Shown one piece after another: positions 48,458-58,276 of a stretch of DNA of 64,000 nt. The notes under the pieces were generated by a model, which ran no database searches, was not told where the DNA came from, and saw nothing but the letters and a program-made list of their open reading frames with translations. Position 1 is the stretch's first letter; the number at the start of each line of letters is the position of its first letter. Position numbers and translations under genes: made by a program. The stretch is from Candidatus Moraniibacteriota bacterium (GTDB lineage: Bacteria; Patescibacteriota; Minisyncoccia; Moranbacterales; DUUL01). The DNA is taken from contig JBFHFF010000004.1 of the NCBI GenBank assembly GCA_041583775.1, positions 2,428-66,427 on the forward strand. Reading direction: 5' to 3'.

Positions 48458-48522
48458 TTATTCAATGAGTTGTGAGTGAAAGAAAAGCAAACAAAAAATA
48501 ATGCCAAATTAAAAAATAAAAA

Positions 48523-49830
48523 GTGGAAACAATAATAGAAAAAGCGGCAAAGATATTCAAGAGAGATGGGATTGAAATGACGGACGAATTTGAAGATACT
48601 CTCTGTTTGATGGAAGAAACTGATAGGAATATTTTCATTACAGGGAAAGCTGGGACGGGAAAATCGACCTTATTGAAATATTTTTGCAAAGCAACCTCAA
48701 AGAAAATTGTTATTTTAGCACCGACCGGAATTGCGGCTGTTAATATTCAAGGAAACACGATTCATTCTTTTTTCCTATTTCCCTTTGGGGTTGTTAGGCG
48801 TGATGATGTTGAAAATCTGCACCACAAGGCAGAGATTTTTGAGAATCTAGACACAATCGTAATCGATGAAATTTCAATGGTAAGAGCTGACATTATGGAT
48901 GCGATTGACCACTCTTTGCGAATGAATACTAGAAAAAATGTTCCTTTTGGAGGCATTCAGATCATTGCTTTTGGTGACTTATTTCAATTGCCACCGGTTG
49001 TGATGGGACGAGAACGAGAATATTTCACTGACCAATACAACGGAGTTTATTTTTTTAATGCTAATTGTTTTGAGGAGGCTGATTTCGAAATTATTCAATT
49101 GACTAAAATTTTTCGTCAAAAAGATACAAATTTTCAGAGACTCCTAAATAGAACTAGGGAGAGACTTTTAACAAATGAAGATTTCTCTCTTTTTAATACA
49201 CGGCATTGTGCTTATGAGGATAAAAATGATCCGGTAATCACGCTTGCCAGCACTAATGCAACTGTAGATAGAATAAATTCGGCAAAATTAGCAGAAGTTA
49301 ACGGTGAAGAAATGTCTTTTCGGGCAATGGTGAGGGGTGATTTTCAAAAAAAGGATTGTCCCGTTGATCCTGAGTTGAAGCTTAAGGTCGGAGCACAAGT
49401 TATGTTTGTAAAAAATGATACGGAAACTCCTAAGCGTTGGGTAAACGGAACTATCGGAATAGTAAAGAAACTAAGCGAGCACTATGCCTTAGTAAAGGTT
49501 GGCAAAAAAGAACATAGAGTGTTAAAGGCTGTGTGGGAAGTTTATGACTATAAATATAATTCCTCTACCAAAGAAATAGATAGATTTGAAAAAGGATCTT
49601 TTGCACAACTTCCCTTGAAATTGGCATGGGCTGTTACTATTCATAAAAGTCAGGGGAAAACCTTTGAAAAAGCGATTATTGATCTTGGGAATGGCGCTTT
49701 TACACATGGACAAACATATGTTGCTCTTAGTCGCTGCACAAAACTTGAAGGGATATATCTCAAAAACCCACTTCGTCCACGAGATATTATTATAGATAAA
49801 AAAGTACTAGATTTTCATAGCAAAAAATAA
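48523..49830 (+). CDS. Pif1/RecD-family SF1 DNA helicase
   Basis: Walker A GKAGTGKST. IDEISMV. C-terminal AVTIHKSQGKTF. Confidence 0.75.
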   Translation: METIIEKAAKIFKRDGIEMTDEFEDTLCLMEETDRNIFITGKAGTGKSTLLKYFCKATSKKIVILAPTGIAAVNIQGNTIHSFFLFPFGVVRRDDVENLHHKAEIFENLDTIVIDEISMVRADIMDAIDHSLRMNTRKNVPFGGIQIIAFGDLFQLPPVVMGREREYFTDQYNGVYFFNANCFEEADFEIIQLTKIFRQKDTNFQRLLNRTRERLLTNEDFSLFNTRHCAYEDKNDPVITLASTNATVDRINSAKLAEVNGEEMSFRAMVRGDFQKKDCPVDPELKLKVGAQVMFVKNDTETPKRWVNGTIGIVKKLSEHYALVKVGKKEHRVLKAVWEVYDYKYNSSTKEIDRFEKGSFAQLPLKLAWAVTIHKSQGKTFEKAIIDLGNGAFTHGQTYVALSRCTKLEGIYLKNPLRPRDIIIDKKVLDFHSKK

Positions 49831-49999
49831 TCATTCACAATATAAAAACATCGAAAGTGCTTAATAAAAGGTCTTTAAGGCGCACTGAGAAAAGAAGTCT
49901 TCACATATTTTTTATTCCTTGTTATATTAAATGTGATAAAATGATTTTTAAATCTTTGTTTTTTGTTAATATTTTTTATAATTTAAATAATAAAAAACT

Positions 50000-50293
50000 A
50001 TGAAGAAAATCTATCTTCTAGTTTCAATGACAACCGTTGGACTTATTAATCTTGCACTTTTAAAAGCCCTGGAGCTTTATTTAGTAACCCAAATTGCTTT
50101 TGGAACTCTAAATACAAGTGATGTTTGGTTTTTGCAAGAAGCCAAAATTTCTTTTCCACTTTGGTTTCAAGTTTTCTTCGTCATTCTTGGTTTAATTCTT
50201 GGTTTTCCGGTTGGACACAGGTGGTGGCACACTATTTATGTAGAGAAAAAAGTTTGGCGGTTTGGTTTTTTGCCAATAAAACAAATTAAATAA
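50000..50293 (+). CDS. small membrane protein, paralog of 43263..43625
   Basis: See 43263. Followed by a bidirectional terminator at 50301..50341 (agtcctcttgg...ccaagaggactttttt). Confidence 0.45.
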   Translation: MKKIYLLVSMTTVGLINLALLKALELYLVTQIAFGTLNTSDVWFLQEAKISFPLWFQVFFVILGLILGFPVGHRWWHTIYVEKKVWRFGFLPIKQIK

Positions 50294-50345
50294 AAAACAG
50301 AAGTCCTCTTGGAAATAATTTTCCCAAGAGGACTTTTTTTGGTGC

Positions 50346-51017
50346 TTAACTTTCTTGCCAGAAAGAAAACTGAAACAATAGAGGATCGACCTTAAAGCTC
50401 TTCTTTAAAAGAGCTTTTCGCTCCTGCATTATCCAGGTAGTTATTGACACTATCGAGAAAATTAAAGCAAGAGCCAAGTGGATGGGTATTTCCTGAATCG
50501 AAAAATACATCAGACTCAGAAAACACATCGTCAAAATTGCGAAACCACCCTTTTTTGAAATAAAATTGATTCTTAAAACAAAAAAGATGGCCGCCCACAA
50601 AAGCAGCACTCGAAAAACAACTGTTGTTGTGATCAATAGTATTGCCGCATCAGCACCTTTGATGAAAAAACAAGTCAGACACTGAGAAACCGTGCTTATT
50701 AGCAGGATTTCTAAAAGAAGGCGAATGGTTTGGCGAGGGATATTTCTGGCATTGTTCGAAGCAGTGCACCTTCCCAAGCTGTAAAACTTAATAAGAAACA
50801 CTCCCGCTATAAAGGGAAGGCACCCGTTGCTGATAACGGGAACTTCAGCGTTTACAAAAACAGCGAAAACTACTACTATTGTAGTCAAGACATATCCCGT
50901 TATTAAAAAATCTAGTGCAACTAAAGAAAAAATCCATGCAATCGATTTTGCAATGGTTGTTTCTTTTGCTGTTTGTTGTTTTAAAACGGCTGGTTTATTA
51001 ATAACAAATCTCATCAC
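50346..51017 (-). CDS. polytopic membrane protein, hypothetical
   Basis: 6+ hydrophobic helices. Confidence 0.45.
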   Translation of the reverse strand: MMRFVINKPAVLKQQTAKETTIAKSIAWIFSLVALDFLITGYVLTTIVVVFAVFVNAEVPVISNGCLPFIAGVFLIKFYSLGRCTASNNARNIPRQTIRLLLEILLISTVSQCLTCFFIKGADAAILLITTTVVFRVLLLWAAIFFVLRINFISKKGGFAILTMCFLSLMYFSIQEIPIHLALALIFSIVSITTWIMQERKALLKKSFKVDPLLFQFSFWQES

Positions 51018-51218
51018 GACACCTCTCTTTTCTTTTTTGTTGATGTTGATATAGATTAATGTATAAAGGACTGTTTATATCTTTAACATATTTTATTATT
51101 TATGTCAATAGCAAAGTGTAATGTGTACAGACATATGGAGGTTTTTTTAGGATAAAATAGTTTATTAGATTTATCGCCTTAGTGTATATGTATAAATATG
51201 AAAAGTTTTTTCAGGCTT

Positions 51219-52352
51219 CTATTCTTCTCCTTTTTTTACACTCAAACTAAAGCTCTCTTTTTTTAATTCTTTTGTTTGGTCAATCTCTTTCTTGATAGAA
51301 GAGGGGAGCGCCTCAACGACTTTTTTTAGCTGAGTTTGATTTAATTTAACAACTTCACTCCAAAGTTTCTCCCGTTCCAGAATTTCTTTCAATTGTTTTT
51401 CGTTATATCCAAAGGTTTTTCTGCAAACTTTTGAAATGATTTTTCCTTCACTAAAAAGTCTTTCCGCCTTTTCAGCATCCATTATTTCCAAAATTCTTTC
51501 TTGCAATTCAGTAGCTTTTTTTCTCTCACTTTTAGCAATTTCCTGTGCTGATATATATTGTTCGATAATTTCTTTTTTCTCCTGATCAGTCGCAAGTACA
51601 GCTTTTTTAAATTTATGCTTCCACATTGGACAAATTTTTTGATAACCACACCAAGAACACAATGGTGTGAGGGTGGCAGGGAAGTCAGATTCTTCTATTT
51701 GATGAATGACTTCCACTAATTCATCTTTAACGGTTTGTAACTGTTCTTTTGTTTTGGTGGTCGTGAGTTTTTCCCCGTGATGAACGAAAAATAAAGAAAG
51801 TTTAACCTTTTCAATTTCTTTAAAGTTTGGATAACGCTTTAAAAAAGCAATCAAATAGATGGAAAGTTGAAGGTTATTATCAATCATCTCTTGAGGGGGA
51901 AGTTTTTTGGATGTTTTATAATCGATAATTTCATAGCCATCTTCTGTTTTATCAATACGATCTATAAAACCAGATACAAAATGCTTTTCATCTCGCTCCT
52001 TGTCATCTATTTCAATTGAAAAGCGAGACTCCAGATCAACAATCTGAATTTTAGCAGGATCATTTTTGCGAAAATATTGCTGGATGATTCTGACTCCTTG
52101 AGCAAAAGCAGTTCGTTCTTGTAATTCTTGTTCAAAAACATCAGGATTCCATTTTGTTGCAAAAAACTGCAAAGCTTCTTGCTCTGTTGGTGGTAAAAAA
52201 CCTCCTGAATGAATGAATTGTAGTGTTGAATGGATTAGCGTACCAAACACAGCCTCGGGTGACTTAGGGGTGCTAATTTTGTCTATAACTTGAAATTTAT
52301 ACTTCAAGGGACAGCTTTGGAAAGTATTTAGAGCAGAAAATGATGTTTTCAT
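51219..52352 (-). CDS. PD-(D/E)xK RecB/Cas4-family nuclease
   Basis: N-terminus FSALNTFQSCPLKYKF. Motifs GFIDRIDKT...IIDYKTSKK. C-terminal Cys cluster CSWCGYQKICPMW. Confidence 0.65.
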   Translation of the reverse strand: MKTSFSALNTFQSCPLKYKFQVIDKISTPKSPEAVFGTLIHSTLQFIHSGGFLPPTEQEALQFFATKWNPDVFEQELQERTAFAQGVRIIQQYFRKNDPAKIQIVDLESRFSIEIDDKERDEKHFVSGFIDRIDKTEDGYEIIDYKTSKKLPPQEMIDNNLQLSIYLIAFLKRYPNFKEIEKVKLSLFFVHHGEKLTTTKTKEQLQTVKDELVEVIHQIEESDFPATLTPLCSWCGYQKICPMWKHKFKKAVLATDQEKKEIIEQYISAQEIAKSERKKATELQERILEIMDAEKAERLFSEGKIISKVCRKTFGYNEKQLKEILEREKLWSEVVKLNQTQLKKVVEALPSSIKKEIDQTKELKKESFSLSVKKGEE

Positions 52353-52396
52353 TGATTTTTTATTTACTTTAAGAAGTGGTTATAGGGAAGTGGTGT

Positions 52397-52801
52397 TTAT
52401 TTTCCTTTATTCACAATATCAACGACAACCCCATATAATTCCAGATCCTCCTTGCACAGGCTCCCAAAAGATCTTGAGTCATAAGATACCTCCCTATTAT
52501 CACCAAGTACCCAATAACAGCCATTTCTATCTATTGAATCAATTCTTTTTGTCATAACCTCTCCAGGGAAATCTTTACATTTTTCATTGCATTTAAAAAC
52601 GATAATTTCTCCAACTTGAGGTGTTCTGCTAGAACTGACAATGATTTCTGCACCGTCCAAGAGGGTTGGCTCCATAGATGATCCCTGTCCAACAAAAATA
52701 CTTTTCGTTTTGTCTGGTAAAATTGTAAAGACGAGATATAAAAAAATAAAAGAAATAATCAAAATTAAAATGTAAAAAACTTTTGAAAAACCTTCTTGCA
52801 T
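52397..52801 (-). CDS. lepB: signal peptidase I (S26)
   Basis: GSSMEPTLLDGAEIIV. N-terminal TM anchor. Confidence 0.75.
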   Translation of the reverse strand: MQEGFSKVFYILILIISFIFLYLVFTILPDKTKSIFVGQGSSMEPTLLDGAEIIVSSSRTPQVGEIIVFKCNEKCKDFPGEVMTKRIDSIDRNGCYWVLGDNREVSYDSRSFGSLCKEDLELYGVVVDIVNKGK

Positions 52802-53448
52802 TGAAAGTGCTTTATTTTTTTAATTACTATCTTAATAATTTTAACACAAAAGCTAAAAGATAACTATTTGAATTTTATTTCTATTTTTTAATTATCAGAA
52901 AATAAAAATCCTATATCTAAGGCTTTTTTAGTGCAGGTAAAAGGCGTTTTTCATAATAAAGACACCTCACGAAAATGCTTTATTTAAGGTAAAAAACGAG
53001 GCTCAAAATTGCGTTCTAAGCGCTTTTAAATTAAAAGCCGACCAACCATACCTTTAAAATCTTTCAAATGCCTATTTATAAGCCATTCTCGTGCCCAAAA
53101 AAGTTGTTTGGAAAAATTCTTTTATTGAAAATGTATTATCGGAATAAAAACACTAGAAGTTTGAAATATTAGAAAAGGATTCAAACTATTTAAAGACGAT
53201 TAGTTTTATATAAATGATGATATTGAAAACAACTTAGGAAAATAAAAAATAGATATCTACTTGGAAAGAGGGGGGAGTTTCTTTCTGTTAAAGATATCTA
53301 GATACATTAAAAAACTTGTTTATTTGAAATATATACAATGTCGCACAATGTATATTATGCGACATTAAACCTTTTTTAAAAAACACGCCTGTGTTTTACT
53401 AGAAGAAAATGTTGGGGGCTTTTATACTCTGCCCCCCGAGAGTATCAT

Positions 53449-53610
53449 TTTTTCTGACTTACAACACACACGGGTCTGCCAAATTCTTTTTCTGCATCAG
53501 CGACATCAAACCCTTCTCTTTCTATCCATGTTTTCCCGTCGTCCAATGAAAACTCGTTCGTCGTGTAGCATATAAAAACGACTTCATATGATCCTTGCTG
53601 TTCTTTCATA
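53449..53610 (-). CDS. candidate small ORF (53 aa) overlapping the 3' end of the Cys-rich ORF out of frame
   Basis: MKEQQGSYEVVFICYTTNEFSLDDGKTWIEREGFDVADAEKEFGRPVCVVSQKK. Followed by two hairpins on the - strand. Confidence 0.3.
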
Positions 53611-53793
53611 TTTTATCTCTCTTTCAAAGTGATTGAGATACTCTCTGCAAGTCGTGTAGGATGTATTGCACAGTAACTGTTCATTCTTAGGAGAACAGCG
53701 GTTATTACAGTCCATCTGACAGTTTCTTGCTTGACCATTGATGATGCACCCTAAAATAAATCCACAAAGGGGGCAAACTTCTAGTTTTTTCAT
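53584..53793 (-). CDS. Cys-rich small protein (69 aa, 9 Cys)
   Basis: CPLCGF...C...CQMDCNNRC...C...C. SD-like ggagg about 13 nt upstream. Confidence 0.4.
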   Translation of the reverse strand: MKKLEVCPLCGFILGCIINGQARNCQMDCNNRCSPKNEQLLCNTSYTTCREYLNHFEREIKYERTARII

Positions 53794-53987
53794 TTCTTTT
53801 CTTATTCCTCCTTTTTACTAAAAATAAATAAAAATAAATATTGTGTGTTTAAGGTTTCAATCAGAAAAAACTTGGCTTTAGATAAATGTACTGCAGGCTC
53901 TTAGTAGCTCAACGCCTATATATTTTTACACAACAATATAATAAACCATTTTTAAATTTAAATAAAGGGCTTTTAGGTCATTAATGC

Positions 53988-54245
53988 CTACTTTATCCAT
54001 CCAGCGTCTCTTAAGCAATCTGAATAAAACATTTCGTAAACATCATTTTCTGGCTCAAAACCTGTCCCCTGGTAAAGATTTTTTATTTCATCCGAAGCTT
54101 TTTCGGCACATTTTTTTTCTCGATATGTTTGGTCATAAAAAATTCGATAAAAAACAAAAAGGAAAAAGAAAACAATCATTGCGATTAATAAGATTAATGA
54201 TGCTGCCCTTTCTTTGTTTGAATTTATCATTTTTAAATATTCCAT
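53988..54245 (-). CDS. small membrane-anchored hypothetical protein
   Basis: N-terminal TM LILLIAMIVFFFLFVF. Preferred over the overlapping + strand ORF, which is basic, low-complexity and less protein-like. Confidence 0.35.
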   Translation of the reverse strand: MEYLKMINSNKERAASLILLIAMIVFFFLFVFYRIFYDQTYREKKCAEKASDEIKNLYQGTGFEPENDVYEMFYSDCLRDAGWIK

Positions 54246-54456
54246 AGTTTTTTATAATTTTATTATTTACCCTACCCTGCCTGAACATTGCCAACGAATA
54301 TCTAAAAAATTCTTGACAAAAATCTATAATTTTATTATAAATAAGCTAACAAAATTTCTTTAATCTTCTTGCTTTTTAAAATATTGAAATATTGAAAGGC
54401 AAGATGGCTAAGGCAAGATAGTTCTTTCTTATTACAAAAACAAAAAAGGAGAAGTT

Positions 54457-54699
54457 ATGGCAAAGAAAAAATGGTTTATTTTAACCGCCGCAGTCGTGTT
54501 TTTGTTCTTTTTTTCAAGTTCAAGTAATTTATTTGCGGCTGCAGAAGCTGCAGAAAAAGAAGAACAAAGGAGTCCTTCCAGCACAAACAATAAAGAAGTG
54601 GGGGGAGGAACCCTTGCACCTCCAAAAGGAGCAGAAGCGAAGGCACCCCCTCCAAATCTCACAAACATCATTGTGAAGAAACCAGTGGTAAAAAACTGA
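54457..54699 (+). CDS. small secreted Ala/Pro-rich protein
   Basis: Strong RBS aaaaggag. Signal peptide. Followed by terminator 54702..54745 (ttttttggcaagcgaa...tcgcttgccaaaaaa). Confidence 0.5.
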   Translation: MAKKKWFILTAAVVFLFFFSSSSNLFAAAEAAEKEEQRSPSSTNNKEVGGGTLAPPKGAEAKAPPPNLTNIIVKKPVVKN

Positions 54700-54841
54700 A
54701 AGTGATTTTTTGGCAAGCGAAGAACCTTTTCGCTTGCCAAAAAATTTTAAGAATATCTTTAATATAATACATATCAAAGACAGATTCAAAATTTTCTGCA
54801 ACAGCTGTATTGTTAACAATTAGCTGTTTTTTGTTTTTAAA

Positions 54842-56140
54842 TTACTTATAAATAATCATTTGATCAACCGTTGTTGAACTATTGTAAATTCTTCCTACTA
54901 ACTTCCTTGAAGTGTCTAGATATATATTGCTTCCAAAAAGTGGGTCATGAACAACATATTTCCCCTTTTTATCCTTTCCGTGGATAACAACATAATGACC
55001 AGCACCAGAACTGGAGCGGATAAAAACAATAACTGGATTGTCCTTATCTATTGATTTATCAATTTCTTTCCAATCTATATTCCCATGCCAAGTTGTTGAA
55101 TCAAGTTCTACACCATTCCAAGAATCTGGCCAAACAATAAGGTCTCTTGCAAAAATTGGTTTACTAGAAAGACTTCCTGGCGTTATTTTTTCCCCATGCT
55201 GAGTGAGGACCATAGCAACTGTCGTAACAGCGCATCCGTAATCTTTCATAAGAGTACTGGAAAGCCCGATTCTTTTATAGCCCCATTTTTTATCATCTTG
55301 AGCGTAATACCATTTAGTTGAAGCCAAGCCTGATGTTGGTTTTGAAGAAGAACTTTTAATTTGATCCAAATCATCTCTGGTATCAGAAGAAAGTGCATTA
55401 AGATCTCCGATCAACTCCTTCATTTGTTCTTCAACTCTTGATAAAAGTTTTTTATACTCAGCTTCTTGACCCATAGTCTCCTTCAACAATGTTTGTTTGT
55501 TTTTTTCTTCACTTTCTAGGTATTCAACTTTTTCTTCAAAGGTCTCTTTATTATCTGTTAGTTCCTGATTTTTTTGTTCAACTTCTTTCTTTTTTTCTTC
55601 AAGGGAATCACTTTCCTGTTTAGTTGTTAAAATAACCTTATTGATTTTTGCTGAAGCCTGATCAATATACTGTGATTGACTTAGCACCTCTGAAACATCT
55701 GAGTTTTGTGCCAAAAAAGCAAGTGAAATATTTTTTTCTGTTTGATAGAACAATCTAAGCATTGCAGCAAGCTCTTTTTTCTTTTGATCTACTTCTTTTT
55801 TATATTTATCAACCTCTTGATCTAAAATCTCAAGAGCAAGTTCATTTTCTGCAATTTTCTCCTTTGTTATCTGCAAATCATTCCCAAAACTATCGATTTG
55901 CAGGTTCATCAATTTTAATTGATTACTCAAGGTGCTTTGCTTGCTCTTTGTTACATCAATCATAACCTTTAATCGTTGTTTTTTCTCCTCTAACGACTCT
56001 TGTTCTTTCAATATATCCTCTTTTTCATCAGAAACTGAAGCAAATGATTGTCTTCCAAGAAAGAGTAATCCAAAACAAAAAACCAAAAGTATAAGCTTCT
56101 TGTTGATATAAAAACTTTTTTGATTTTTTATTTTGTGCAT
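54842..56140 (-). CDS. PcsB-like secreted peptidoglycan hydrolase: long coiled-coil plus C-terminal papain-like (C39/CHAP-type) cysteine peptidase domain
   Basis: Signal/TM N-terminus. Heptad-rich 250 aa. C-terminal DYGCAVTTVAMVL...GAGHYVVIHG...HDP (Cys-His-Asp). Confidence 0.55.
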   Translation of the reverse strand: MHKIKNQKSFYINKKLILLVFCFGLLFLGRQSFASVSDEKEDILKEQESLEEKKQRLKVMIDVTKSKQSTLSNQLKLMNLQIDSFGNDLQITKEKIAENELALEILDQEVDKYKKEVDQKKKELAAMLRLFYQTEKNISLAFLAQNSDVSEVLSQSQYIDQASAKINKVILTTKQESDSLEEKKKEVEQKNQELTDNKETFEEKVEYLESEEKNKQTLLKETMGQEAEYKKLLSRVEEQMKELIGDLNALSSDTRDDLDQIKSSSSKPTSGLASTKWYYAQDDKKWGYKRIGLSSTLMKDYGCAVTTVAMVLTQHGEKITPGSLSSKPIFARDLIVWPDSWNGVELDSTTWHGNIDWKEIDKSIDKDNPVIVFIRSSSGAGHYVVIHGKDKKGKYVVHDPLFGSNIYLDTSRKLVGRIYNSSTTVDQMIIYK

Positions 56141-56215
56141 TTATTTTATTCAAACTGACATTAGACTTCTGGAATCAACTTGATTCTTTTTTATATCACA
56201 AATTATACCACAAAA

Positions 56216-57688
56216 CTATTTTTTAAGCAGTAGAATAGCTTTATCAACTCTAGAAACTGCTTCTTTTTTCCCCAACGCCCAAGAAAGTTCAAAGGGACTT
56301 GGGCTGAATTTTTCTCCACTAAGTGCAACACGAAGTGGCCAAAGTAAATCGCCTCTATTATCTCCAGCTTTTTCCAAAAGAGAATCAGTAATTTCTTGCA
56401 ACTTAAATTCTTCAGATAAATCCCCTAGTACTTTTTTTGACTTTTCAAGAGCTTCAATCGTTTGTTCAATAGTATTTTTCTTCCAAACTAAAAGCTCTTT
56501 TTCATAATTTCCAATTTCAAAATAGAAATCAATATTTTCTGTGACATCTGAAAGTTTTTTCATCCGCTCTTGTTCTATTTGAACAATTTTTTCAACAAGA
56601 ATATCATTTTCTTTTAGCCCTTTTTCTTGGAAATATTCTTTAAAATATTTCTCAGTAAGTACCTTTAGTTCCGCTATGCTTCTTTTTTTGATATAATATG
56701 AGTTCATCCAGTCGAGTTTTTTATAATCAAAAACTGCTCCGGCTTTATGCAAACCTGAAATATCAAAAATTTTAACAAGCTCTTCAAGCGAAAAATGTTC
56801 CTGTTCTGTTTTCGGATTCCACCCCAAGAGCGCAAGGAAATTAACTAGTGTTTCCGGCAAATATCCTTTGCTTTGAAAGTCTTCGACTGTGACATCACCT
56901 TGTCTTTTAGAGAGCTTCTTTCTGTTTTCATTTAAGACATTTGGTACATGCACCAATACGGGCATCTTCCAGCCAAGAAATTTATACAATAAAGCGTGTT
57001 TTGGAGCGCTTGGAAGCCAATCCTCGCCACGGACAATATGAGAAATTTTCATTAGATGATCATCAATAACAACGGCAAAGTGATATGTTGGAAAACCATC
57101 TGATTTAATAAGAACTTGATCATCAATATCATCACTTTTGAAAACTATTTTTCCATAAACTTCATCGTGGAAAAACACACATTCACCTCGAGGCACATTC
57201 ATTCTAATGACATATTTTTCACCTGCCGCGATTCTTTTTTCGACTTCTTCTTTTGATAAAGTTGCACAATATTTATCATATTTTGGAGCCTGTTTATTTT
57301 CCTGTTGTGTTTTTCTGAGACCATCCAGCCTTTCAGCAGTACAAAAACAAGGGTAAGCATACCCCGAATCTAAAAGCTGTTTGATATATTGTTGATAAAT
57401 ATTCAAACGCTTCGATTGAAAATAAGGACCACATTCCCCCTCCTCAACAATCTTATTTTTTTGGTTATACTTAACACCTTCTTCTATTTCAATTCCTGTC
57501 CAATTTAAAGCATCTAAAATTTTCTCCAAAGAACCATCAACGAATCTTTTCTGATCAGTGTCTTCAACTCTAAGTAAAAATTTCCCCCCATTCTTTTTTG
57601 CAAGAAGATAGGCATAAAGTGCCGTTCTTAAATTACCCACATGCACTGACCCTGTTGGTGATGGTGCAAATCTTGTTCTGACTTCCAT
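56216..57688 (-). CDS. gltX: glutamyl-tRNA synthetase
   Basis: RFAPSPTGSVHVGNLRTAL (HIGH). KLSKR (KMSKS). Confidence 0.9.
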   Translation of the reverse strand: MEVRTRFAPSPTGSVHVGNLRTALYAYLLAKKNGGKFLLRVEDTDQKRFVDGSLEKILDALNWTGIEIEEGVKYNQKNKIVEEGECGPYFQSKRLNIYQQYIKQLLDSGYAYPCFCTAERLDGLRKTQQENKQAPKYDKYCATLSKEEVEKRIAAGEKYVIRMNVPRGECVFFHDEVYGKIVFKSDDIDDQVLIKSDGFPTYHFAVVIDDHLMKISHIVRGEDWLPSAPKHALLYKFLGWKMPVLVHVPNVLNENRKKLSKRQGDVTVEDFQSKGYLPETLVNFLALLGWNPKTEQEHFSLEELVKIFDISGLHKAGAVFDYKKLDWMNSYYIKKRSIAELKVLTEKYFKEYFQEKGLKENDILVEKIVQIEQERMKKLSDVTENIDFYFEIGNYEKELLVWKKNTIEQTIEALEKSKKVLGDLSEEFKLQEITDSLLEKAGDNRGDLLWPLRVALSGEKFSPSPFELSWALGKKEAVSRVDKAILLLKK

Positions 57689-57746
57689 TTGTCTTTTTTA
57701 ATATTATCCGATAACTTAATTTAAAATAAAAATCGCTTAGTGTCAA

Positions 57747-58268
57747 TTATAAAAGTAGCTCCTTTTCGATTAGATGTTCGATTGCCTTTCTAGAAATTCT
57801 TTGTTTATTAAACTGGTAAATCTGATCTATTAATTTGTCAGACTCTTTGGCTGTCATTAAACGATATTCACTAAACTCTGAATCTTTCATATCAAATTTC
57901 TCCAAATCTATTTCTACTGCAATATAGAAAAAATGCTTTCCTTTCATAAACATTTTCATTCCATCATCAAGTTTCAACTCACGAGAACCCCACAATTTTT
58001 CAGGGAAAGATATCTTATCCTCAAATAAAAACTCCGGCTTTCCAACAATGTGTTTAGAAATGTCGTTCCCCAACTCTTCCTCAAGCTCCCTTTGCATTGC
58101 TGACAATAAGGTTTCACGATTGTCAATTCCTCCTTGAGGAAATTGCCAAAGTTTGTACTTATCGTCAAAGAACATAAAAACTTTCTTTTTATGCAATAAA
58201 CAAATTGCTATTTGAGGCCTAAAACTACCTTTTCTGATTTTATTGATTTTTTCCTGTGAAATTTCCAT
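57747..58268 (-). CDS. NUDIX hydrolase
   Basis: Nudix box GGIDNRETLLSAMQRELEEELG. Confidence 0.75.
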   Translation of the reverse strand: MEISQEKINKIRKGSFRPQIAICLLHKKKVFMFFDDKYKLWQFPQGGIDNRETLLSAMQRELEEELGNDISKHIVGKPEFLFEDKISFPEKLWGSRELKLDDGMKMFMKGKHFFYIAVEIDLEKFDMKDSEFSEYRLMTAKESDKLIDQIYQFNKQRISRKAIEHLIEKELLL

Positions 58269-58276
58269 TCTTTTTA

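Noticed and set aside
53984-54247. + strand 87-aa ORF overlapping the - strand 85-aa ORF
   Set aside because: The + strand product is basic, low-complexity and lacks a TM or signal. The - strand product has a clean N-terminal TM helix, so the - strand call is preferred, though confidence in either is low.
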